A stretch of DNA of 49,848 nt from NCBI RefSeq assembly GCF_006345805.1, contig NW_021829890.1, forward strand, positions 1 to 49,848, given 5' to 3'. Shown here piece after piece: positions 1-12,885 of this stretch (position 1 is its first letter; every line of letters starts with the position of its first letter). Below the pieces are notes generated by a model. The model saw nothing but the letters and a program-made list of their open reading frames with translations. It was not told the origin of the DNA and did not search any database. The DNA is from Octopus sinensis (taxonomy: Eukaryota). Position numbers and translations under genes: made by a program.

Positions 1-47
<47 letters not shown>

Positions 48-497
48 AACGCGCGCGCATGTGTGTGTATATGTACCCATGTATGTAAGTATCAAAGTAT
101 GTATGTATATATATATAATATACCCACGCACAAACACCCACCTACACACACAAACACCCACAACACACAGACATATACACACACGTACAGAGTCATATCG
201 ACACAGACACATACAGGTGCGCGTACACACACGCACACACGTACCCACGCGCATGTACCCACAAAGATATACATACCCACACAGAGAATGGTAAACCAAT
301 GGGTTATGCAAATATTTACCGCTGCACTAATTAACATCTGGGCAAATTAACGTTGTTTTTACATGCGATACTCACCCCCAAAGTTCCGAGAAGGAATATT
401 CTGGAAGAGGGATTTCGTTTTGGGGTTTCTTCTTCAAGATTTGTCTTTTAATTTTTCTTTTTTTAAGGACTTTTGTTTTTTCACAGTCTGCTCCTGA

Positions 498-1308
498 AAT
501 TAACGTGAAAGTGGCTGAGCACTACAGACACGCGTAACTTTAATGTAGTTTAAAGGCGAGCTGCCAGATACGTTAGCACACCGGGCGAAATGCTTAGCAG
601 TATTTCGTCTGCCGCTACGTTCTGAGTTCAAATTCCGCCGAGGTCGACTTTGCCTTTCATCCTTTCTGGACCGATTAAATAAGTACGAGTAACGCACTGG
701 GGTCGATATAATCAGATTAATCCCTTTGTCTGTCCTTGTTTGTCCCCTCTGTGTGTAGCCCCTTGTTGGCTGTAAAGAAATAAGTATTTCGTCCGTCCTT
801 ACGTTCTGAGTTCAAATTCCGCCGAGGTCGACTTTGCCTTTCATCCTTTCGGGGTCGATATAATCGATTTAATCCGTTTGTCTGTCTTTGTTTGTCCCCT
901 CTGTGTTTAGCCCCTTGTGGGTAGTAAAGAAATAGGTATTTCGTCTGCCGTTACGTTGTGAGTTTAAATTCCGCCGAGGTCGACTTTGCCTTTCATCCTT
1001 TCAGGGTTGATAAATTAAGTACCAGTTGCGTACTGAGGTCGATCTAATCAACTGACCCTCTCCCCAAAGATTTAGGGTCTTGTGCCTAGAGTAGAAAAGA
1101 GTCTTAATATAGTTTCTTAGGGAGATTAAGTGTGTCACAGAATGTGACAAGGCTGGCCCTTTTAATTACGAGTACAACTCATTTTTGCCAGCTGAGTGGA
1201 TTGGGAAAATGTGAAATAAAGTATCTTGCTTAAGAGACAAACGTGCAAGCGCGAATTGAACTCACGACTTTTCGATCGTGAGCTTAATATCCTTACCACT
1301 TAGCCACC
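498..1308 (-). mobile_element. SINE family C split by the family A trimer
   Basis: 498-551 and 1104-1308 are consecutive reverse-complement parts of the element seen at 24061-24318. Confidence 0.75.
552..1103 (+). mobile_element. tRNA-derived SINE family A, trimer, nested in a family C SINE
   Basis: Head aaggcgagctg...; B-box-like gagttcaaattcc three times; central gcctttcatcctttcggggtcgataaa domain. Flanked by ttaatgtagttt (540-551) and ttaatatagttt (1104-1115). Confidence 0.88.
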
Positions 1309-1329
1309 CTCCGTTGCGTCTCCAAAGTC

Positions 1330-1950
1330 CATCCCCTCCTCACCGTGGTGGGGACGCTGGCAACGGGTAGTGTCAGAACTATGCCGTTGGGAACTTCGGT
1401 TCCTGGTAGGGCAACCCAAGGCGGATTGGTCTGACACCGAGTGGTATTAGGGCCACAAGGCGGCGAGGCTGGAAGAAGAGTGGCCGGTGGCAGCTTAGGC
1501 AGACGTTAGCACGCCAGGCGAAATGCTTTGCGGTATTTCGTCTGCCGTTATGTTCTGAGTTCAAATTCCGCCGAGGTCGACTTTGCCTTTCATCCTTTCG
1601 GGATCGATAAATTAAAGTACCAGTTACGCACTGGGGTCGATGTAATTGACTTAATACCTATGTCTGTCCTTGGTTGTCCCTTCTATGTTTAGCCCCTTGT
1701 GGGTAATAAAGAAATAGGTATTAGGGCCACAACCCGGCAAACGAAAATCCTCGGAGTGTCTGTTTCGGCAACAGGCGGTTCCTCAGTCGTTCTGTCCCTG
1801 CGTCTGCGGACAATCTGCGGCAAACAGGATGTCTCAACATGCAGGATTGTTGGGGACCGCTTGTGAAATCGATATATTCTCACGAAACTTCTTCCAACCT
1901 TCGAGGGTGGTAGAAGAAGCCGCCCAGGGTGAATGTCGCCACAAGTACAA
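1330..1950 (+). mobile_element. Probable RTE-clade LINE 5' leader, interrupted by a SINE
   Basis: GC-rich; ctatgccg...ctggtagggcaacccaaggcgg resembles, from memory, the conserved 5' UTR motif of BovB/Expander RTE elements. Right boundary uncertain. Confidence 0.5.
1459..1716 (+). mobile_element. SINE family A monomer with Tx1-like tail and 16-bp TSD
   Basis: Perfect direct repeat ggtattagggccacaa at 1443-1458 and 1717-1732. Confidence 0.9.
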
Positions 1951-2103
1951 GTACCCTCCTTTGTAGTATATATTTTTTCTTTTATTCTTTTATTTCTTTC
2001 AGTCATTTGATGTGGCCATGCTGGAGCACCACCTTTAGTCGTATGAATCTACCCAAAGACTTATTGTTTTTAAGCCTGGTACTTATTCTATCGGTCTCAT
2101 ATT

Positions 2104-2390
2104 ACCGCTGTTTAGCCCTAGGAAGCATCGACGCCTCCTAATGGCTTTAACACATTTTCCTGTGTCCTTATATACATTTACGAAGGGGAGACAAATACCC
2201 CCAGCCGCCCGGGCTACATCTAGGGACACGTGTTTCAGGATGATTGTCCTTCGTCGGCCTGAAACACGTGTCCCTAGATGCAGCTCGGCGGCTGGGGGTA
2301 TTTGTCTCCCCTTTGTAAATGTATATAAGGACAGGAAAAAATGTGTCAAAGCATCAGGGGCGTCGATGCTTCCTAGGGCTAAACAGCGGT
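2104..2390. mobile_element. 287-bp fold-back (long inverted repeat) element
   Basis: Arms 2104-2239 and 2258-2390 are near-perfect reverse complements (accgctgtttagccctagg...cctagggctaaacagcggt) around an 18-nt spacer. Confidence 0.85.
2222..2260 (-). ncRNA. Minimal type I hammerhead with one core substitution
   Basis: Minus strand AGG-CCGACGA-AGGA-caauca-UCCU-GAAA-CACGUG-UC-CCU; core has CCGACGA instead of CUGACGA. Confidence 0.6.
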
Positions 2391-2437
2391 GGTGTACCCC
2401 CTACTGTCACGTTCGTGTTAGATTGACAGTATACAAC

Positions 2438-2497
<60 letters not shown>

Positions 2498-2771
2498 GAA
2501 GCTTCTTTCAGTTCCCGTCTACCAAATCTACTCACAAGGCTTTGGTCGGCCTGAGGCTATAGTAGAAGACACTTGCCCAAGGTGCCACGCAGAAGGACTG
2601 AACCCAGAACCATGTGATTGGTAAGCAAGCTACTTACCACACAGTCGCTCCTGCGCCTATGTGATAATATATAGAACAAAACCACCATAAATGAAGAAAC
2701 TAAGAACCTTTTAACAAGTCCAACCCCACGAAAATGAAGAAAAAAATAGAACGAGAACACAGCCTATATAA

Positions 2772-3647
2772 GATTCTTTTCTACTTTACAAGGCCCGAAA
2801 GTTTGGGAGAGGGAGTGGCAGTCGATTAGATCGACTCCAGTATGTAACTGGTACTTAATTTATCGACCTCGAAAGGATGAAAGGCAAAGTCGACCTCGGC
2901 GGAATTTGAACTCAGAATGTAAAGACAGGCGAAATACCGCTAAGCATTTCGCCCGGGTGCTAACGTTTCTTATTTCTTTACTGCCCACAAGGGGCTAAGC
3001 ATAGAGGGGACGAACAAGCACAGACAACGGGATTAAGTCGATTACATCGACCCAGTGCGCAACAGGTACTTAATTTATCGACCCCGAAAGACGAAATACC
3101 TATTTCTTTACTACCCACAAGGGGCTAAGCACAGAGAGGACAAACAAGGACAGACAACGGGATTAAGTCGATTATATCGACCCAGTGCGCAACATGTACA
3201 TAATTTGTCGACCCCGAAAGACGAAATACCTATTTCTTTACTACCCACAAGGGGCTAAGCACAGAGAGGACAAACAACGACAGACAAACGGATTAAGTCG
3301 ATAATATCGACCCCAGTGCGTAACTGGTACTTATTTAATCGACCCCGAAAGGATGAAAGGCAAAGTCGACCTCGGTGGAATTTGAACTCAGAACGTAAAG
3401 ACAGACGAAATACCTATTTCTTTACTACCCACATGGGGCTAAACACAGAGAGGACAAACAACGACAGACAAACGGATTAAGTCGATAATATCGACCCCAG
3501 TGCGTATCTGGTACTTATTTAATCGACCCCGAAAGGATGAAAGGCAAAGTCGACCTCGGCGGAATTTGAACCCAGAACGTAACGGCAGACGAAATACGGC
3601 TACGCATTTCGCCCGGCGTGCTAACGTTTCTGCCAGCTCGCCGCCTT
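2772..3647 (-). mobile_element. SINE family A, five-unit array
   Basis: One head at 3647; four Tx1-like tails starting near 2971, 3101, 3231 and 3415; an alternative tail near 2775. Confidence 0.88.
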
Positions 3648-4953
3648 ACAGGATGTATACGATTACAAGATATTTCAGATTCACAGACAATCTGCACATC
3701 TTAAACTTGTATCATTTACTGTTCAACACACATCATTATAGTCTCCTTCACAAGTGTTAATAGTGTGTAATCAGACCGAACTCTGATCCCTCGCTGGATC
3801 AATCCACCGAGCTATAAATAGATACCATGGGTAGGTTGTAGCAACATGTTGCAACCAACGATTATCATGACAGCTCACAGTGAGCTCAAATTCTTTTATA
3901 CAACAGAAATTCCCGTTCTCACAGACCAGTCGTGCCAACCACTTTGACTTACATGAGACAGGACCGTCTGTCTTGTTGCTCGATATAACAGCCAAATTTC
4001 CCTCAAATTACACGCAATCGTTTTGAAAAAGAAAGGGAAGATAAGATATAATGAAGTCTAAGTTTACGCTGTTCGAAAGTAAGATGGTTAATTTTATGGG
4101 TGTCTGCCAAGTCAGCCGCCAGACGTCGGAGTTTCAATGTATCCATGCCCAGGGAAGTAAGGCGTTCAGAATATGGCAAATGCCTGATGGAGGGTGAGAA
4201 TAAGCACGGAACTTAAAAATTAGTTCTAGGGTCGATTTGTCCGACTAAAAGCCCCTTCAAGACGGTACCTGAAACCGGTAAAAATTAAAAGAGAAAGATA
4301 GACAGAAATAAGATGATGATGTAGCGTTTATAGAATAATTTCAAACAAACAGCAAAATACCGTGAAAATGAATGTGGCCATTGCAGTAATATTTATAAAA
4401 GAAAGGGATTCCGGAACCTAGGACAGGCAAACATTGTTGAATATTGATTTAATTAACCAAACAATGACAGGGGAGAGAACTCAGAGTAAATTGTAAATTA
4501 TTTAATAGCTAATGCACTGGTGTCCTGGAAGATTAGAAATTCATAATAGGCAACAAGGTTAAAAATAATGAAAATCAGATTGATGATAGGCAAGGGAAAT
4601 AACTGTGGGTATTGTTCAGAGTTTTAAACCTCTTCAGCGAAGTTTAGCTTTTCAAATGTCTGCCAAATAAATGCAGAGAAAGGAATATATGCATATATGT
4701 TGCTTGTATATAGGTCCGTCTGACAAAACAGCATGAAGACAGAGAGGAAATAACACAGGGGCATGATCTGCAGGGAAAATGAATAGATAAGTTGAATGTT
4801 AACACGCGTTTATGTGGGGGGAAACGATAATTTTAATTAATAAAGACAATATCCCTATGAGGAGAAGTAAACACGATAGAAGTGGTAATTAGCAACAGGA
4901 ACAACTTCAACAACAACAACAACGCTTCGTTACACAATGATAACTGCAAGCAA

Positions 4954-5478
4954 TACACACACACACTCTCTCTCTCTCAGACACACACACACACAAGCTC
5001 ACACACACATACTCACACACTCTCTCTCTCACACACTCTCACTCACATACACTCACTCACACACACCACACACACCACACACACACACACACCCTCACAC
5101 ACACACTCACACACACTCTCTCTCTCACACACACACTCTCACACACACACACACACCCTCACACACACACACTCACACACACGCACATAATGACATACAC
5201 ACTCTCACACACACACCTACACACACACATTCACACACTTACACAGACACTCACACACTCACACACCGCACACACTCTCACGCACTCACACACACGCACA
5301 GTCACACACACTCTCACACATACATTCACACACACTCACACACACACTCACACACACCACATGCGCGCGCACCTCGAACAGCAAGCAAATTTACTTATCA
5401 AACACTTTTCCAGAATCACTCATAAAAACTTATACAAATTAGACAAACAGAAGAGAGAGAGAGAGGGGGGGAGAGAGA

Positions 5479-5522
<44 letters not shown>
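4954..5522. repeat. (CA/CT)n and (GA)n microsatellites
   Basis: Seen directly. Confidence 0.95.
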
Positions 5523-5524
<2 letters not shown>

Positions 5525-5848
5525 CGGGAATTCAGGTGTGTTCTCTTGATAAGACAGTAGTCAGATATTCCAATGAATAATTAAGAAGGTGGAGGTGGGT
5601 AGATGACGGCTGAGTGGGACTGTGTATTTGGAAGTGAGAAACAGGTCAAGGATCTGTGCTGTTCATTGGGAAAGAATGACTGTTTCGTTGCTATCAGGTG
5701 CTGGTTGTGTTTTGACGTTCTACAAAAGTGTCTCTTGTTGTGATTGTCGTACTTTGGTGTTGTAGAAAGAGATTATTTTATAGAGATGTTGTTTTAATGT
5801 AGAAAAATGTATCTTGTAGAGATTCCATTTTCGTGTTGTGTTTATCTT

Positions 5849-6160
5849 GGCGTGTGGCTTAATGGTTAGGGGTGTTCAGCCTTCGATCCTAAGGTAATGA
5901 GTTCGATTCTCGGCAGCGTGTTGTGTCTTAAAGCAAGGCACTTTATTTCACGTTATTCCAGTCCACTCAACTGACAAAATTGAGTTCCTCCTGTATTTCG
6001 AAAGGGCCAGCCTTGACACAATCTGTGTCACGCTGAACCTCCTTGAGAACTACGTTAAGGGCACGCGTGTCTGTGGAGTACTCAGCCACTGGCACGAGCA
6101 GGTTATTCTGTTGATTAAATCAGCTAGAACACACGTAGCCGTAGCTATTAGAGTGCCTGT
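5849..6160 (+). mobile_element. SINE family C (tRNA head, V-domain-like gtgtccttgagcaagacacttta)
   Basis: A box tggcttaatggt, B box gagttcgattc; body matches 24061-24318. Confidence 0.8.
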
Positions 6161-6319
6161 TATTAGTTATGTATCTATCGATCCGGTTGAGTGATTCGCC
6201 TGGACAAATGCAACTCTTCCTTGGCAAATGTCCCAACCGAAACAAGTTTGGTTGGGGTGGGGCCGCAGAAGGAGACGGGAAAAAGCAACCATTGTACCTG
6301 GAGGGTTTATTTTCTAATA

Positions 6320-6922
6320 TCTAGGAAGGCACATTTCGGTCGTCTTTTCGTCCGAGGATTAAATTCCGCCAAGGTCGACTCTGCCTGTTATCCTTTCGGG
6401 GTTACTAAAATAATTACCAGTTGAACACTGGGATTGATGTCACCGATTTAAACCATCTCCCAAAATTGCTGGCATTGTCAAAATTAGAAACGAATATCAA
6501 GAAAGGCGGTGAGCTGGCAGAATCGTTAGCACACCGGACAAAATGCTTAGCAGCATTTCGTCCGTCTTTTCGTTATGAGGTCCAGTTTCACCGAGGACGA
6601 CTTTGCTTTCCATCCCTTCAGGATCGATAAAATAAGAACCAGTTGCATACTGAGGTTGATGTAATCGATTTATTCCTCTCCCTGGAAATTGCTCGCCTTG
6701 TAGCAATTTTCCTTTTCTGCTCTAGGCACAAGGCCCGAAATTTAGGTGGGGGGGGGCCAGTCGATTAGATCGACCCTAGTACGCAACTGGTACTTAATTT
6801 ATCGAACTCGAAAGGCAAACTCGACCTCGTCGGAATTTGAACTCAGAACATAAAGGCAGACGAAATACCGCTACACGGTGCAGACCAATGCCAAAACGCT
6901 CTTGAATGTAATAGTGGGGCAT

Positions 6923-7002
<80 letters not shown>

Positions 7003-7205
7003 AACATTATAAACTTGCAGAGAAGGATATAACGTATGAAGGATATATTACTGGAGAGAAGCAGAATCGTTGACACATTTGTCTTTACGTTATGAGTTCA
7101 AATTCCGCTGAGGCCAACTTTGTCTTTCATCCGTTCAGGGGCAGTGAAATAAGTACCAGTTGAACACAGGGCTAGATGTAATCGAGTAGCAACCTCCCCA
7201 CAAAT
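6320..7205. mobile_element. Cluster of family A SINE copies and fragments on both strands, around (AGT)n
   Basis: Copies at ~6320-6500(+), 6505-6705(+), 6712-6870(-) and 7060-7205(+). Confidence 0.75.
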
Positions 7206-7213
7206 TAGACAGG

Positions 7214-7309
<96 letters not shown>

Positions 7310-7310
7310 C
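7214..7310. repeat. (GATA)n microsatellite (others at ~8275-8360, 25712-25904, 45392-45490)
   Basis: Seen directly. Confidence 0.97.
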
Positions 7311-8026
7311 GACTGACAGAGTGAAAGAAGTAGAGGGAGAGAAAGAGAGAGAGAGATGCGGTGGGTCGCAGAGGGGCAAAAAATACAGGGTTTGTAAGAC
7401 AATCAACATGCAGGGGTGAGGTTCATCGGAAAGCAACATGAAGAAGGATCAGTTAATGGGTGAACGAACGAAGGGTGTAAAATACCAGGGTGGTTATCCA
7501 GAAGAATATGTCAATGACTGCATCAATGAACAGACGCATGAATGAAATTCGTTATAGGGAGTACGCACATCTCACACAACCATTACACACTCATACAAAC
7601 ATAAGTGCGTGTGTACCTCTACATAATATAAATAGGCATATATGTGTGTATGTATGTATGTATGTATGTATGTATATGTGTATGTATGGTTGGAGGCAAG
7701 GATTTTTAGAGCATTTGTTTGCACGTGCGCTTCTGTTAGTTGTATAGGAACATTTATACATATATAGACATACACATACGTCCATATAAATGTATATACA
7801 TATATATAAATAGATATATTATATGTATATATATTATATAATATATATTTTTATTTTATATTTTTTTATATATATATATCTATATATAGATATATATATA
7901 TTATTATAATATATATCTATATATATATATATATATATGGTATGTATGTATTTATATATATGTATATAACAAACTTTATATGGACGTATGTATGTCTATA
8001 TATGTATAAATACATATATATATATT

Positions 8027-8057
<31 letters not shown>

Positions 8058-8274
8058 ATGTATATGTATATGTAAACACACATACATACATTTTAACCGT
8101 TTACAAATGAGTAAGCTAACATAAATACTAGGAAGTACAGGCTCACATATTCTCATATGAGACAGGGCAGATAGGCAGATATATATATGTATATATATAT
8201 ATATATATATATAGGGAGAGAGAGAGAGAGGGAGGAGAGGGAGACAGAGGCAGAAACAGAGAGAACGAAATGGC

Positions 8275-8361
<87 letters not shown>

Positions 8362-8801
8362 GTAGACATTCCTATATACAGCAAAGATTGCCGGTAGAGT
8401 TGTGTAGGTAGGTGGTTGGGTGACGGCCTCATAGAGAAAGCGGGGGTGTTTATTTATCTTATCATACTTCTTTCTTTCTTTTCTTTTCTTTCTATTTCCC
8501 TATTTCAGTGAGCAGACAGCTATTTCCTACCCCCGTCTCGCCATCCTCCGTTTTAATATCCCTCCCCTGTAATTTCTCGCCTTCTCCCAACTGTTGGTTT
8601 CCTACAACCAAACTAATTATCTCTCTACACATCTGTAGACATCTGTTTTCACAGATGTACAGATGTGATGATAAAATTAAGTTAATGTGCAACCAGCACT
8701 CTCAAGTTTTCTCTCTCTTTCTCTCTCCTCTCTCTCCCCCTCTCTCACTCTCTTTCTTTATTTCATTACACAAGTAATGCATGCTAACATATGTGTGTGT
8801 G

Positions 8802-8835
<34 letters not shown>

Positions 8836-9223
8836 AGTATATGTGTAATATAATTCATATACATGTGTATGAATCTATATATGCATATAAGCATATAAGA
8901 ATTTAAGAATATATATACATATAATATATATTTCATATAGGTGTCTGTGTAAACTTACACCCCCCCCCCCACACACAACATAATGTATGTACGTATATAA
9001 TATATATATATTATCTATATATATTATATATATATTATATAAATACATATATATATATAATATATATATATATTATATATATATATATTTATACATAGTA
9101 CATATATATTTATATATATTCATATATACAGATATATATAACGTATATATATAAATGCATATGCACTTACATGCATACATAAATGCATACATATTGTGTT
9201 TATATACTGTGTAATATATATAG

Positions 9224-9290
<67 letters not shown>

Positions 9291-9895
9291 TATACGTATA
9301 TATGAATATATATGCATGTATGTATGTATATACCTATGGTGTATGTTTATGAGTATATATTTAAATATATATACGTATATATACGCATATGTGTGTGTGT
9401 GTGTGTGTGTGAGTATTTATACATATCTGTATATGGTAACTGGACTGACATGTAGACGACATCCCAGACTGCATTGCTACTATTGTCTATGAAACAGACC
9501 TACTTCCTGTTTCACTCCTCTAAACAACACTTTTATAACTTTTCACTTCACACTTCCTTCTTTTATTCGCGAGTCGCATCTTTCTTTCTGATACATCCTC
9601 AACAATTCTCTCCAGAGAGAAACGAAGACAAAAGCTAACCGTCATTCGGTAATTCTGAAGCAATGGGGAAGTTTTAGTCTATTTTATGTATCAATTTAAA
9701 TGTATTTTTATTCATTTATTGCTGTGCATAGTTTCCTGTTAGAAGCCACGTATTTTCGTCTCTCTCTAATTTCTCTCTCAAAGACTTAATCTTCCTTCTT
9801 TCTAAATATTCCTAGTTCTACAGCATTAGTTGTCTCACATTATCTATTGGTCTCTTCGCTTCCTCTCTCTCACACACACACATAGTCTCTCTCTT

Positions 9896-9926
<31 letters not shown>

Positions 9927-9949
9927 TTCTGTCTATATATACTTTTTTT

Positions 9950-10296
9950 TCCTTTATTTGTTTCACTCATTTGAACAAATCGACCCCAAGGCTTATTCTT
10001 TGTAAGCCTGGTACTTATTCTATCGGTCCTTTTTGCCGAACCGCTAAGTTACGAGAACGTAAACACACCAAAATCGATTGCCAAGGGATGGGGGGGACAA
10101 ACACAGATACACAAACATATACATAGATACATATATATACGACGGGCTTCTTTTCAGTTTCCGTCTACCAAATCCACTCACAAGGCTTTGGTCGAGCCGG
10201 GGCTACAGTAGAAAACACTTGCCCATGGTGCCACGCAGTGGGACTGAACCCGGAACCATGTGATTGGTAAGCAGGCTATTTACTGCACAGCCACTT
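9950..10296 (-). mobile_element. SINE family B
   Basis: Reverse complement matches 45930-46352. Confidence 0.85.
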
Positions 10297-10734
10297 ATAT
10301 CCTTCTCTTCCTCTTTCTTGGTGTAGACATACATATATATGTATTGTTGAAACACTATTTTCAAACAAAAATTTTTTGGCAGGATGCGCCCACCAAACCA
10401 ATAATTTTCACAATTAAGTAAATAAATATTTTCTCTCAGCCTCAGGCAGACTAGGATCTAGTGAGGACTTCTTGTTTGTAAAAATAATTTGCGACTTACA
10501 ACAGGTTCTCACTAGACAGAAGGAAGTCTTACCTTACAGCTGAGTTTCAAAAGTCTTCAATTTAAGACGTCTTCAAAAGCACGCCTTACCGCTTCGGTGT
10601 CAAACACAATTCTGTATCGCTCATGCGCAATGAGGTAAGCAAGCTACTTACCACTCAGCCACTCCTGCACCTCAACCACACAGCCACTCCTGCGTCTATC
10701 CACACAGCCACTCCATCGCCTGTATATATATATA

Positions 10735-10767
<33 letters not shown>

Positions 10768-10789
10768 AGAGTGTTTATAATTATGAATA

Positions 10790-11170
10790 AATCACAATTA
10801 TAAGGGAGAGGGTAGCAAAAACTCTTACTTGATTAGAAATAGCAGTCAAAGACCAGTATAAAGCCACTATTTTCACTCGTATTATATCTTTTTAGAATAA
10901 AGCTGTCTGCGAGCGACATGACATATAAAATCCACAATTTACAAATAGAAGGTTAAATATCTATTACGATTTCGAAGTTAGGAACCTATTATACCAAATT
11001 ATATACCGTATCGTAAAATAACGGAAATAAACAAGATAATGGTACCATTCTTCTGGTCAGAAGAATATTCCTATAGATACAAATTGATACAAAACCCTGC
11101 CGTGGGGCTTATATGAATCCCAACCGGCAAGAATAATGTGTCGACCTCTATCTACACAATTCAAATTCTG
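10790..11170 (-). mobile_element. Diverged relative of the 28945-30360 element with a decayed hammerhead (~10955-11069)
   Basis: Shares ttagaaatagcagtcaaaga with the 29-kb unit and follows (TA)n. Minus strand reads CUGACCA-GAAG...CUUC-GAAA-UCG-UA. Boundaries approximate. Confidence 0.45.
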
Positions 11171-11310
11171 AATTCCAAAGTCATGCACAGCGTTTATGAG
11201 CCACAGCAAAACAGGGGGATATGGGTGAGAAAAATGGGTTTGAAGGAAGATTTGTAATGGATAGAGAACGAGGGGGTGAGGAGAAGAAGAAGAAGAAGAA
11301 GAAGAAGAAG

Positions 11311-11343
<33 letters not shown>

Positions 11344-12148
11344 ATGATGATGATGGGGTGGTGATGGTGGTGGTGGTGGTGGTGGTGGTGGTGAAGGAGG
11401 AGGAGGAGGAGGAGGAGGAGGAGATATAAAGTTTTCAAAACAGAACTTTACGACATCGTGAAAATTTCATTGTTGATGAATTACTTCAATAAATTTTAAT
11501 CAAAAATTCCAATCTTGAAATTATTGCGTCTTGGTCAGAAGATGTTATTTTTATTTCGGTTTCTTTTGTTTTGTTTTGTTTTTGTTTTTGTTGTTTGTTT
11601 TTTTTTATTTTTCATTATCTCATTGCAGACATTTTTTTTTCTTTTTTCGAAACTATCATTATTGTCTGCCTCAGTAGAAGTAAATCTCTTTTAATTATTA
11701 ATATTTGTCTTTTTAGAATATTTTCTCGGTTTCTCTTCACAATATAAAACTTTGTAACTGATTTTTCACATTTTACGAAAGATAAAACAAGTTATCTAAA
11801 TAATACTTTTCTTTTCGTCTTCCTTGCTTGAATTTACTAAATAGAAGAAATTATTTATATATAACGTTCATCTTATTACATATATATATCGATCCCACAA
11901 GAGTAAACAACAGAGACAGAAACAGGCAGAAACAAGGAAAATGCCACTTGCATTTGAACACTATGCGAATATTCTTTTAAAAAGCTTTTTTAATTTTTCC
12001 AAAATTTAATTGTTTTCCATATTTACAGTTGAAAAAGTTTGAATGACTGAAACCGGTACTGAAATGTTATTTTATAAAATTGTTTTAGCATTTTCTACCT
12101 TAACTTTTTTCCATATATATATACATACATATATATATACATACATAT

Positions 12149-12183
<35 letters not shown>

Positions 12184-12667
12184 CACTCACAGAGTGCGTA
12201 AAGTATTTGAGGACATAATATTTTGGGGTCATTGCAATATTTTTTCTTACTCTGTTTAATCTTTGTCTCAGAAAGACACCTGTTGTTATTTTCTTGTTTG
12301 TATTTGTAAAACTGTAACATTTTTTCCGATTTTTTTTTGTCTTTGTTGTCGTACACATTCGTTTGTTTTCTCCCAAAGAATTTGATGCTCGTAGCTTAGA
12401 TTTTGGGGGTCAGTCAGATTTGAACAGTCTCATATGTAACCGCCCGAAACTGTAAGGAAGATCTGGAAACTTGACTGATGAGAGACGGCTGCGAATGACC
12501 CGTCCTTGTTTATTCCTGTCCGTCTTTGTATTGCCTAGCTGTCTGTTAAAATCACCAGTCTATATAGTAAAACGGCTGTTTATTGGTTGCGGGTAACCCG
12601 AAGATCCGTGAATATATCAAAGGAATAACTGGTACATTTAACATGATGTATTATTTTAGTAAACAAA

Positions 12668-12885
12668 AAGGCAGCGTGCAGGTAAAATCGTTTACACACC
12701 TAACAAAATGTTTTGCGACATTTCGTCCGTCTTTACGTTCTGAGTTCAAATTCTGCCGAGGTCGTCTTTGCCTTTCATCCTTTCAGGGTCGATAAAATAA
12801 ATGCCAGTCGAGCACTGGGGTCAACGTAATCAACTTACTCTTCCCCACTAAAATATTGGCCTTATGCCTAAATCTGAAACCAGTA
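12668..12885 (+). mobile_element. SINE family A, diverged
   Basis: tacgttctgagttcaaattctgccgaggtcg...gcctttcatcctttcagggtcgataaaa. Confidence 0.8.

Larger units (their letters stand above)
1978..2660 (-). mobile_element. SINE family B (tRNA head, CORE-like ccttgggcaagtg, internal (TA)n), disrupted by the fold-back element
   Basis: Both ends match the copy at 35222-35660; the middle is replaced by 2104-2450. Confidence 0.8.

Noticed and set aside
552-1100. CRISPR-like or tRNA-gene reading of the regularly repeated units
   Set aside because: The units are SINE bodies with no unique spacers, there are no cas genes, and the heads do not form full cloverleaves.
12450-12506. GAAAC...CTGATGA hammerhead-like words
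   Set aside because: Stems I and II cannot be paired convincingly.
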